Shown: positions 1 to 7,802 of the stretch, piece after piece
How positions within the stretch are numbered: the first letter of the stretch is position 1
Layout: every line of letters starts with the position of its first letter
DNA from: a virus
Direction: 5' to 3' (one strand)
Length of the DNA: 64,000 nt
IMG/VR virus record: IMGVR_UViG_3300036851_000550
Location: 7,076 to 71,075 of that record
The notes under the pieces: model-generated
Told to the model about the DNA's origin: nothing
The model's input: the letters and a program-made list of their open reading frames with translations, nothing else
Database searches by the model: none
Made by a program: the position numbers and the translations under genes

Positions 1-9
1 GCTCGCGCC

Positions 10-71
10 GGTCGGATGGAGTCCGTGCATGCCGGGGTGTGACCCCGTCAGGTGCTCGGACTGCACCGACC
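10..71. repeat. Long imperfect inverted repeat next to the presumed genome end
   Basis: GGTCGG..AGTCCG..GCA..TGCCGGGG-tgtga-CCCCGTCA..TGC..CGGACT..CCGACC pairs on itself. Confidence 0.6.
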
Positions 72-93
72 AGGGCAGGCGCGTTGTCGGCGA

Positions 94-429
94 TCAACCG
101 ACCCGCGAGCGCTTGGCGTTATTGCAGGGCGAGCAGAGCACCCCGTAGTTCTCGGGGTCATACGCAAGATCCGGACGTACTGATCGCGGGATCTTATGGT
201 CCCCGGTCAGTGCGCCCGGCGGCACTTCGTGGGCTGGCCTCTGCCAGCCCGGACAGACCCACCCGTGCTCACGCACCCACGCATAGATCACCCGCGCGGT
301 GATCGCTCTGTGCTGGGCGCCCAGGCCACGCTCCGTGGTCGTGCGCTCAGGACCTGATCGGAGCCTGTGCTCGGGGCACCGGGTGCGCTTCGCTGGCCGC
401 CCGCATATCAAGCACGGCCGCAGAGCCAT
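94..429 (-). CDS. HNH endonuclease (packaging-associated, HK97 gp74-like position)
   Basis: N-terminal CxxC..C.EH, GDHKIP...ENYGVLCSPCNNAK HNH motif; last gene before genome end. Confidence 0.85.
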   Translation of the reverse strand: MALRPCLICGRPAKRTRCPEHRLRSGPERTTTERGLGAQHRAITARVIYAWVREHGWVCPGWQRPAHEVPPGALTGDHKIPRSVRPDLAYDPENYGVLCSPCNNAKRSRVG

Positions 430-463
430 CTACTCACTCACCGACCCTTGAGGGGGGACCACC

Positions 464-748
464 ATGACCAAGTTCGCTGAGAGCATCCTGACGGAGCTCA
501 GCGACGACGCCAGCCTGGCCGAAACGGCTCATGAGCTGGACCCACGACAGCTGATCAGCGTGCTGGAGGCGGCGGCCGAAGCCGACGCGAAGGCCCAGCG
601 TGAGGCCCGAGAAAAGCGGGTTCGCCTGAACCTGCTGATCAAAGTCGGGCTGGCGCGGCCCGACGTCGTGAACCGCGACATCGCGCGCGCCACCGGCATC
701 GGCGAGCGCGCCGTGTACAAGCGCGGCCACCCGGACCAGCAGCTCTGA
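464..748 (+). CDS. Small HTH DNA-binding protein
   Basis: C-terminal NRDIARATGIGERAVYKR HTH; SD-like GAGGGGG; downstream hairpin. Confidence 0.65.
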   Translation: MTKFAESILTELSDDASLAETAHELDPRQLISVLEAAAEADAKAQREAREKRVRLNLLIKVGLARPDVVNRDIARATGIGERAVYKRGHPDQQL

Positions 749-752
749 AGAT

Positions 753-789
753 GACGAAGGGCGAGGCGTCCGATCGCCTCGCCCTCGTC
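753..789. terminator. Stem-loop, probable terminator of the 464-748 gene
   Basis: GACGAAGGGCGAGGCG-tccgat-CGCCTCGCCCTCGTC. Confidence 0.55.
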
Positions 790-1033
790 TGGACCCCATC
801 ATCTTGCAACCATGACCGTCGCGTCGACCAAGACACCACGCGCCAGAGTGAACAGTGACACGTTCGCCGCAGGTCAGCAAGCCGGGCACTGGTATAGTCC
901 GGGCTAGCACCTCCGGTGACGGTCCCGCATCCAGCGGGGCACGAGGAGGGGGCCTGTGCATCGGTCGTTGCCAGACGGCGCCTTCATGTGATCTTGGGGT
1001 ATCTGGGCTGGGCTGGATATCGAAGGGCCGTCC

Positions 1034-1228
1034 CTACGGGGGCGGCCCTTCGGTGTGTCTGCGCTCGTACGAACGCTGCGCCGCCGCCATGTCCCACTGG
1101 CGATGCCGGCGCGTGCCGTACGGGTGCCAGCGGTCTTCGCATGCCCACCGGCGGATGGTGCCCGGCGCCACGCCGTGGTGCAGTGCCAGCGCCTCGGTGT
1201 CGAGCAGCCGCAACCTCGGCTTGATCAC
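1034..1228 (-). CDS. Small HTH (MerR-like) DNA-binding protein
   Basis: DTEALALHHGVAPGTIRRWA; coupled to upstream gene. Confidence 0.65.
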   Translation of the reverse strand: MIKPRLRLLDTEALALHHGVAPGTIRRWACEDRWHPYGTRRHRQWDMAAAQRSYERRHTEGPPP

Positions 1229-2037
1229 TAGTCGGCCACCCAGTGACCGGGCACGGGCACCTCATCGGCAGGAGCGTCTTCGCGGTCGAGCAGCTCGCCG
1301 AGCCGCTCCCAATCGCCCTTCTTGCGGTGCCACTCCCGGCGGCAGGCCGAGCACCGGATGACGTCGTCTGGGCTCATGTTCGCGGTCGCGTACAGCGGCC
1401 CCCGGCACACACTGGTGTGATCGCCCTCGTCGATCGTGTTCGGGCATCGCCCGACTCGGATCCGAGGGTCCCCGGTCACCGGCTTGAGCTGGCCCTGCAG
1501 CCGGTACAGCCGGTCGGCCACCTCGACGACTTCCACCGGCTGGCGAGTGAGCCAGTCCATGTGGTTGCAGATGAACCGTTCGAGCCCATCCACACCGGCA
1601 TCCACAGCTGGGGATGAGTCGAGGCCGCGCGCGTCGATGATCTCGTAGACGATCGTGTTCAGCACGTTGAAGACGCTCAACGTGGGGTGCTCGGGCTCCC
1701 GGTGCACCCGCCCGTCTGCGGCCACCCAGACGTGCGCGGTCTCCGACGACCGGACGTCCAGCATCACGATCACGTGATCGTTGGCCGGCGATCGGCTGCC
1801 GAACCCGGGAGCACCGCGCGTGCCTCCGCCGTCACCGCGCTGCGGTGCTGGGTCGAGCCGACTGCACCGGGCCACGATGTCGGCGAGGACCTCGGTCAGT
1901 CGCTCCGGGCACGAGGTGCACGTCGCGTAGCCCCGGTCGGCGAGGCGCCAGCTCTTCCCGTCTTGCGGTGGCCGGCAGAGCACGCATGCGTCCGCCGGAC
2001 GCGTCAGCTGATCTTCGTCGACACGAGGTGAACCCAC
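1228..2037 (-). CDS. Zn-binding phage protein, possible late-gene regulator
   Basis: CxxC pairs at both ends (CVLC, CTSC; GRCP..CRGPL..CSAC); typical position at end of early region next to an HTH gene. Confidence 0.55.
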   Translation of the reverse strand: MGSPRVDEDQLTRPADACVLCRPPQDGKSWRLADRGYATCTSCPERLTEVLADIVARCSRLDPAPQRGDGGGTRGAPGFGSRSPANDHVIVMLDVRSSETAHVWVAADGRVHREPEHPTLSVFNVLNTIVYEIIDARGLDSSPAVDAGVDGLERFICNHMDWLTRQPVEVVEVADRLYRLQGQLKPVTGDPRIRVGRCPNTIDEGDHTSVCRGPLYATANMSPDDVIRCSACRREWHRKKGDWERLGELLDREDAPADEVPVPGHWVAD

Positions 2038-2158
2038 TTCGACCGCCTCCCGATTATGATCTCGGTGAGGCGCTCGGTGAGGTGTCTCGGTTCCAGTCCG
2101 TCGGCGGGCGCTCCACCCGCTCCCCGCGAAGAGGCAGTGGGGCGTCCGCCGAGGGGAT

Positions 2159-2287
2159 CTACCGCCTGATGGCGATGCTGAGAGCGATCAAGACGGCGAC
2201 GCTCACCCCCAGCAGGAACATCCACCACTCGCGGAAGTAGGCGCCCATCACCACGCCAGCGCACAGCGCGATGATCGAAAAGTACAT
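2159..2287 (-). CDS. Small membrane protein
   Basis: Two hydrophobic segments; start uncertain. Confidence 0.4.
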   Translation of the reverse strand: MYFSIIALCAGVVMGAYFREWWMFLLGVSVAVLIALSIAIRR

Positions 2288-2330
2288 GGTCAACGAGGTG
2301 CGCAGCGGGACCTCCGGCCGCCGCGAATGA

Positions 2331-2747
2331 TCACGCCGCGCCATGGGACTCCATCCAGTTCGCGAAGCGCCCCAGGACCAGCGCCTTCGCCCGGCAGTCG
2401 TCGACGTGGTTGCAATTGATCATATCGACAGCCCGGTCGGTGGACTCAGCGCTGACCGAGCTGAGCGCCTCTTTGATCACCTCGTCCACCTCCGGACCCG
2501 GCTCCCCGGTGGCTTCGAAGCTCGCTTCGAGCTGCTCCTGGACCTCCCGGCGGAGCGACGGGTCGGTCATGAACTCCTTCAGCGTCATGTCTGGTCCCTC
2601 CACATAGGATTTATCGTTGATCTCCATGGCGTCGGCGTGCCCGTGGGCGTTGCCGGCGAAGAGCCCGTAGCCGAACGCGAGGATCACGACGGCCAGCCCG
2701 GCGAGCGCCGCCAGCACGGGGCGGCGTCGGCGGTGGGTGCACGTCAC
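2331..2747 (-). CDS. Hypothetical protein with N-terminal signal/TM segment
   Basis: RRRRPVLAALAGLAVVILAFGYGLFAG; 4-nt overlap with upstream gene. Confidence 0.6.
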   Translation of the reverse strand: MTCTHRRRRPVLAALAGLAVVILAFGYGLFAGNAHGHADAMEINDKSYVEGPDMTLKEFMTDPSLRREVQEQLEASFEATGEPGPEVDEVIKEALSSVSAESTDRAVDMINCNHVDDCRAKALVLGRFANWMESHGAA

Positions 2748-2992
2748 GGCGCGCTCTTCGGCTGCTTGGTCGCCTCGTACATGCCGGCGAGCCGGACAGC
2801 GTTCGAGAACACCGTCGAGTCGATGCAGCGAATGTGGTCGTGACAGACCGCGATGCCCTCGACGACCGTGTCAGCCTTGCCGACCAGACCCGGACGGACG
2901 ACCAGGCAGAGCGCGCAGTACAGCCGGAACTGCGGGACCGGCGCGGGCGGAGGTGGCGGTGGTGTGGTGGGCCTGAAATTGCCGGTGCTCAC
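2744..2992 (-). CDS. Hypothetical Cys/His protein
   Basis: CALC, CHDH; coupled overlaps. Confidence 0.55.
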   Translation of the reverse strand: MSTGNFRPTTPPPPPPAPVPQFRLYCALCLVVRPGLVGKADTVVEGIAVCHDHIRCIDSTVFSNAVRLAGMYEATKQPKSAP

Positions 2993-3492
2993 TGGCTCTT
3001 CCCGGTCACGGCCTTGAAGTGGTGCTCCACGCAGATCCGCGCGATGTCGCGCTGCTCGGTGGTCAGCCGCGGGATCCGGAAGTAGAAGTCGTCGGTGATC
3101 CGGTAGCGCATCCCGCTCAGGTGTCCGTGCGCCACGTGCTCGCGGGCGATCTCGACGGCGATGTCCTGCTCGCCCAGCGTCAGGTCGTCGAGCCCGCCGA
3201 AGCTCAGCTCCGCGAGGAAGACCTTCTCCGCCTCGTCGATCGAGCGGACCGCGACCGGCTGGGCGGGCGGCGAGTCTCCGGCGAACGCCGAACTCCAGCC
3301 CACCACGATCGGGGCCAGCAGCCCGCCGACGATCAGCAGCGCGGCGAAGCCGTACTCGACGAGCTTGCGCCAGTTCCGCTGCGTCCAGGCCCGGCGGATG
3401 TTCTCGCTGAGACGCCCGCGGTGGCGCCCTCCGGACGGGGGCGGTTCGTCGATGAGGCTCCGGATGAGGTGCGCCTCGGTCAAATTCGTCAT
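2989..3492 (-). CDS. Hypothetical membrane protein
   Basis: One TM segment; AGGAGTCA SD before ATG. Confidence 0.6.
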   Translation of the reverse strand: MTNLTEAHLIRSLIDEPPPSGGRHRGRLSENIRRAWTQRNWRKLVEYGFAALLIVGGLLAPIVVGWSSAFAGDSPPAQPVAVRSIDEAEKVFLAELSFGGLDDLTLGEQDIAVEIAREHVAHGHLSGMRYRITDDFYFRIPRLTTEQRDIARICVEHHFKAVTGKSQ

Positions 3493-3592
3493 CTGTGACT
3501 CCTGGTTGCTCCGCTGCCGCGTCGGGGGGCGGTGGTTGGTGTCCACGGGTGCTGAAACGAGCACAGGCCCTCTCAGGGCGTGTTTTCGAGGC

Positions 3593-3772
3593 TCACCGCT
3601 GGCCTGCGAGCGCCTGCTGCACGCGCAGCATCGCCACGGCCCACGTGATCGCCGTGCCCGACACCGTGCGGTTGTGCATCGGCACGCGGTACTCCCACAG
3701 CCACGCGCTGTAGAGGTGCTCGCGCTGGTTGGGGAGCGGCCGGTGCGGCTTGGACACGATCGACGCCTTCAT
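3593..3772 (-). CDS. Hypothetical protein (59 aa, not in ORF track)
   Basis: MKASIVSKPHRPLP...; ATGA overlap with upstream gene. Confidence 0.5.
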   Translation of the reverse strand: MKASIVSKPHRPLPNQREHLYSAWLWEYRVPMHNRTVSGTAITWAVAMLRVQQALAGQR

Positions 3773-4404
3773 GCCGAGCTCCCGATGGTCGCGTAGTAGG
3801 AACCGCCCCAGCTCTCAGGACGCCAGATCAGGACCTCGCGTTGCTTCGGCGCGTCCGGGATCGCGACCTTCACCGCTCCCACCGGCGGCAGCGGTCGGTG
3901 CTCCCCGTTGGACGGCCGGCGCGAGGGCACCACCGCGGTCGCTGCGTTGCGGCGTGCCTGGCCGGCGCCCCCGCACTCCCGGGAGCAGAACCGGCGCGTG
4001 GCCAGCTTCGGCTGGAAGTCCCTGCCGCAGCACTCGCACTGCTTGATCGGCAGCTGTGGCCCCGGCCCGCGGTAGCGCTGGCCCTTGTCGCTGCACGCAC
4101 GGGAGCAGAACTTGGTCTTGCCGTGCTTCGGCTTGAAGACCTTCTCGCAGGCGGGGCACTCGATCGGGGCCAGGGCGCGGGAGGCCGTTCCGCAGCGGAT
4201 GGAGCAGAACCGCTGGTCCGCCCGGCTCGGCCGCACCTTGAACGTCTTCCCGCAGCTCTCCAGCGCGCAGGGCTTCTCCAGCCGGTTCTCCTTGCGCGCG
4301 TTGTCCGCGCAGGTCCGGTCGCAGTACTTCGCGTCCGCGAAGTGGCTCATGAACGTCTTGCCGCACACCTTGCGCTGGCAGACGAACTCCCGCTTCGCCC
4401 TCAT
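3769..4404 (-). CDS. Protein with four tandem CxxC...F...CSxxC Zn-finger repeats
   Basis: CQRKVC..CDRTC, CALESC..CSIRC, CPAC..CSRAC, CECC..CSREC. Confidence 0.7.
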   Translation of the reverse strand: MRAKREFVCQRKVCGKTFMSHFADAKYCDRTCADNARKENRLEKPCALESCGKTFKVRPSRADQRFCSIRCGTASRALAPIECPACEKVFKPKHGKTKFCSRACSDKGQRYRGPGPQLPIKQCECCGRDFQPKLATRRFCSRECGGAGQARRNAATAVVPSRRPSNGEHRPLPPVGAVKVAIPDAPKQREVLIWRPESWGGSYYATIGSSA

Positions 4405-4607
4405 GCGGCCATCCCGGCGGGGTACTTCCAGACCTTCGTGGCCTCCTCGCGCTCGCGGTTCTCGAGGTAGCGCTCCTCGACCTTCGCGTAGACCTCCGGC
4501 GCGACGCAGCGGCAGACCGGCGCCTTGGCCTTCCGGCCCGTGTCGGGCCCCGGCGGTACCCGGAAGCAGCGCTCGCAGGGCAGGTACGGGTGCAGTCCGT
4601 TGATCAT
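4401..4607 (-). CDS. Small Cys-containing hypothetical protein
   Basis: CERC..CRC; ATGA overlaps. Confidence 0.55.
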   Translation of the reverse strand: MINGLHPYLPCERCFRVPPGPDTGRKAKAPVCRCVAPEVYAKVEERYLENREREEATKVWKYPAGMAA

Positions 4608-5308
4608 TTTGGGCTCACCCACTCGCGGTCGGCGTCCCACGCGTCCACCGCGACGGTGACGCGCATCGCCCGCAGCTTCATGTAGGCGATCCCGGTCGCG
4701 GTGACGTCGGCCTCTGCGCTGTGGTCGCCGGGTTCCACGCCGAGTCGCTCGCACAGCTCGTGAAGACCCGGCTGGTAGTCCAGCCCGAGCGCACCCATGG
4801 CGTACGCGGAGATGTCCCGCAGCCGGTAGTGGCACGGCTCGGCGGTCCGGCGGACCCTCTTGAAGACCTTCTCCAGCATCCGGGCGTCGAACCGCGGGTT
4901 GCTGCCGAGCATGGTGGCGGGAACCGGCGCGGGAGGATCCGGCGGCGTCTCGCCCCGCTGCTGGGCGTTGAACTGCTCCAGGGCCAGCACGAACGTCGAC
5001 GGCTGCGCAGTGCACCACTCCGGCGTCCGGCCGGCGAGCTGCTTCCACAGCCGGTTGGCCTGCAGGCCGGCGACGTCCTGCGGCTGGTCGGCAATTCGAT
5101 CGATGTAGCGGTTGATCTGCAGCGCCTTGATCGACGCCCGCTTCAGCACCTTGGACACGTTGTGGCGGGGGATGAACACTCCGCGCTCGCTGGTGTCGAG
5201 GTTCCACCAGGCCACCTCGACCGCTTCGTGCACGTCGTGGTCGAGGCCGTTCGTCTCGATGTCGACGACGATCACCTGCCGCTCGGGACGGGCTTTCTGC
5301 TCGGTCAC
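4604..5308 (-). CDS. DnaQ-like (DEDDh) 3'-5' exonuclease
   Basis: VVDIETNGLD (ExoI), GSNPRFD (ExoII), HSAEADV (ExoIII). Confidence 0.85.
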   Translation of the reverse strand: MTEQKARPERQVIVVDIETNGLDHDVHEAVEVAWWNLDTSERGVFIPRHNVSKVLKRASIKALQINRYIDRIADQPQDVAGLQANRLWKQLAGRTPEWCTAQPSTFVLALEQFNAQQRGETPPDPPAPVPATMLGSNPRFDARMLEKVFKRVRRTAEPCHYRLRDISAYAMGALGLDYQPGLHELCERLGVEPGDHSAEADVTATGIAYMKLRAMRVTVAVDAWDADREWVSPK

Positions 5309-5874
5309 GCTGACTCCTGATCGTGCTCCGGGCCGAACATCGGCCACTCGGTCCACTTCACGTCCTTGTGGCGCTCCAGCGTCTTGACGTCCCAGCCGAG
5401 CGCGACCGCACCGAGGTGGGCGAGCGCCACGGCATCGGTGACGTCGGAGCTGGGCGCGTCGAGATCCGGCCAGAGCCGGTGCATCGCCGACGACACGGCG
5501 ACCTTGTCCGCCTTGCCGTTGTCCGTGATCACTTTCTTGAGCGACGTCGGGTGGATGACCGCGATCGGGATCTCCTTGCGGACCAGGCCACCCATCACGA
5601 ACCAGTGCAGGGCGTGGCGGTCCATCATCGAACCGCCGGGGGAGCTGATCGCTCCCTCGATCACCACGAGCACGGTCTTCGGGTTGCCGGCGTACCGCAG
5701 GATGTCCTTGCCCAGCTGGCTCAGCCGGGCGTGCCGCTGCGGGAGCGAGTCGGCGCGCTTGCCCTCGCTGGTGCAGAGCCCGTGGGACAGCACGCACCGC
5801 CCGTCGACGGTCTGCGTGATGATGCCGACCCCGGTCTTGGCCAACGACAGGTCCAGCCCGACGATCAGCTTCAC
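5305..5874 (-). CDS. RuvC-like Holliday junction resolvase
   Basis: IVGLDLSLAKTG, VVIEG, PTSLKK..T.NGKADK, DVTDAVALA. Confidence 0.85.
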   Translation of the reverse strand: MKLIVGLDLSLAKTGVGIITQTVDGRCVLSHGLCTSEGKRADSLPQRHARLSQLGKDILRYAGNPKTVLVVIEGAISSPGGSMMDRHALHWFVMGGLVRKEIPIAVIHPTSLKKVITDNGKADKVAVSSAMHRLWPDLDAPSSDVTDAVALAHLGAVALGWDVKTLERHKDVKWTEWPMFGPEHDQESA

Positions 5875-6056
5875 AGCGGCCTCCCGCACAGCGCGTCCCA
5901 CGCGGCGCGCAGGAAGTGCCACGCGAGCACCAGCCGCGGCGCCTTCTCGACCGCATCGAAGTACCGGCGCGAGGCCGGGCTCCCGCCGCCGAGCTGGTAC
6001 ACGACGGCCATCGAGTGCAGGCGCTCGAACAGCACCTTGCTGTTGATCGCGCTCAC
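5871..6056 (-). CDS. Hypothetical protein
   Basis: GTGA overlaps on both sides, GC3-rich codons. Confidence 0.5.
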   Translation of the reverse strand: MSAINSKVLFERLHSMAVVYQLGGGSPASRRYFDAVEKAPRLVLAWHFLRAAWDALCGRPL

Positions 6057-6262
6057 GGGATCACCGCCAGCCCGGGGAACCCGATCACTCCGAACCCGAC
6101 GAGGATCAGCGCACCGCCCGTCCCGACCAGCGCGAGGGTGAACCACCCGCCCACCGAGTCGAACAGACCGCCGGTGACCCGGGAGAACCAGGCCAGCGCG
6201 CCGAGCGCGACGGCGACGCCCGCGATGACGAACACCAGGTGGATGAGCACGATCATGTTCAT
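6053..6262 (-). CDS. Small two-TM membrane protein
   Basis: Two hydrophobic helices; ATGA overlap. Confidence 0.55.
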   Translation of the reverse strand: MNMIVLIHLVFVIAGVAVALGALAWFSRVTGGLFDSVGGWFTLALVGTGGALILVGFGVIGFPGLAVIP

Positions 6263-7452
6263 GCCGGCACCTGCTCGTCTTCGACGGCCGGCGGCTGCAG
6301 CTGCGCCTTGCGGGCCCCGAAAATCTGCCGAAGCTCCGGCGTCCAGGCCTCGGCGTCCACCGCGCGGGCGTACGCCGCGTCGAGCTGGTCCACCGTGGTC
6401 GCGTAGCGCGCGGTGAGCGCGTAGTCCTCGAAGGACTGCACCGGACGGATGCCGCGCTTGCCGAACTTGTTCCGCCAGTCGTAGACGACGCTGGTGTGCT
6501 TGACCGCCTTGCCGTAGTGCTGCAGGTCCACCCAGTACAGCCGGGCACGGCCCTGTCCGGACGGCACGTGCATGATCACGGCCCAGTCGGTGCGGGGCGG
6601 CGCGTGCGCGATCCCGTAGCGGCTCGCCCAGAGCGCCTTCGCCTCGTCGTCGGCGTCCTCGGCCGGCGCCCAGCCGTAGCGCTCCAGCGTGATCGGGTCG
6701 TACGGCGTGCCGTTGGCGTAGGCCCAGCACTGCTCGCCGAACTTGCAGCCGGCGAAGTCCATGTTCTGCGACGTCTTGACGTCGCCCATGATCACCCAGC
6801 CGGGCTCGATCACGAACCCGGTGTAGGTCTCCAGCGGGCGCAGCACCTCCAGGCACCGGTCGTACCTGCCGCCGATCTTGAACTTGTCCTCGACCACGAT
6901 CCGCTCGGACGACACCGTCCGGAAGCACTCAGACGCGATCTTGTACGCGGCGACGTCGGGGAGGAAGTCCTCCGGCACGTGTCCGGGATCCCGACCAAGA
7001 TCCTCATGCTCCAGGATGTCGTGCAGCGCGGTACCGATCGCCGCAGCGTCGGAGGAGCCCACGATGTCCATGGCCTTCTGGGCCAGCTCGTTCAGCGCCG
7101 CCTTCGCGTCCTTCACGACCTCCGGGTTGGGGTCGTCCAGCCGGTGCTCGGCGCGGGTCACCTCCAGCTGCAGCGCCTTGTTGCGCGAGGCGCCCCGCAG
7201 GACCTGCCGCAGCTTCCACGCGATCAGCAGGTAGTCCGACTCCAGCGGAGCGCCGAAGTTCGACGCGCGCTTGTAGCCGCCGCTGCGGTTCGAGTCCGGG
7301 AACTGGACCTTCGGCCGACCCCACTGGTCGCGGTTGCCCTCCCAGGCCTTCTCCATCTGCCACGCGTAGAGCCGCACCGGGTCGTCGGTGTCCGGCTTCG
7401 GGAAGTCTCGCTCGATCTCGCTGGCTCCGGTGATCTCTTCGGTCGACGTCAT
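6259..7452 (-). CDS. PD-(D/E)XK (Cas4/RecB-like) exonuclease
   Basis: GTALHDILE, GGRYDR, MGDVKTS, Q..AYANG. Confidence 0.8.
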   Translation of the reverse strand: MTSTEEITGASEIERDFPKPDTDDPVRLYAWQMEKAWEGNRDQWGRPKVQFPDSNRSGGYKRASNFGAPLESDYLLIAWKLRQVLRGASRNKALQLEVTRAEHRLDDPNPEVVKDAKAALNELAQKAMDIVGSSDAAAIGTALHDILEHEDLGRDPGHVPEDFLPDVAAYKIASECFRTVSSERIVVEDKFKIGGRYDRCLEVLRPLETYTGFVIEPGWVIMGDVKTSQNMDFAGCKFGEQCWAYANGTPYDPITLERYGWAPAEDADDEAKALWASRYGIAHAPPRTDWAVIMHVPSGQGRARLYWVDLQHYGKAVKHTSVVYDWRNKFGKRGIRPVQSFEDYALTARYATTVDQLDAAYARAVDAEAWTPELRQIFGARKAQLQPPAVEDEQVPA

Positions 7453-7511
7453 CCCGCCGCTGCCTCCATATCGGTCCCTCCTAGAACTTCGTGATCTTTA
7501 GTTCGATCTTG

Positions 7512-7800
7512 GTGACATGAAGCACCTGACGACACGCCCCTTATAGGGGCGGGCGTGTCACAGTTGTCATAGGGATGCTCCGATGATCTTGTGTCACACA
7601 TGTCACCCCCAATGTCACACCATCTGACCTGCGAAAACTCCGTCGAAGATCATCCGATGTCACACTTGTCACCCCCCATGTCACCTTGATCCAATCGATC
7701 TTGGCATGATCATCGGATGTCACACATGTCATAGCCTCTGACCTGCGGAAACTCCGAAAACTCGTCCGCGACGAGACATGCAAGATCACGCATGTCACAC
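7512..7800. repeat. Iteron-like repeat array, probable replication origin
   Basis: Nine direct TGTCAC (7556,7592,7601,7613,7658,7667,7679,7718,7793), two TGTCAT, two TCTGACCTGCGRAAACTCCG (7623,7737), GCCCC-TTATA-GGGGC palindrome; lower GC; directly downstream of primase-helicase. Confidence 0.7.
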
Positions 7801-7802
7801 CC

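Noticed and set aside
6259-7452. Cas4-like nuclease as evidence of a CRISPR system
   Set aside because: Stand-alone PD-(D/E)XK exonucleases are routine in actinophage replication modules
7512-7800. Repeat array considered as a CRISPR or as the 90-aa ORF 7541-7813
   Set aside because: Repeats are short and irregularly spaced with no unique 30-40 nt spacers and no cas operon; the ORF only reflects the DNA repeats
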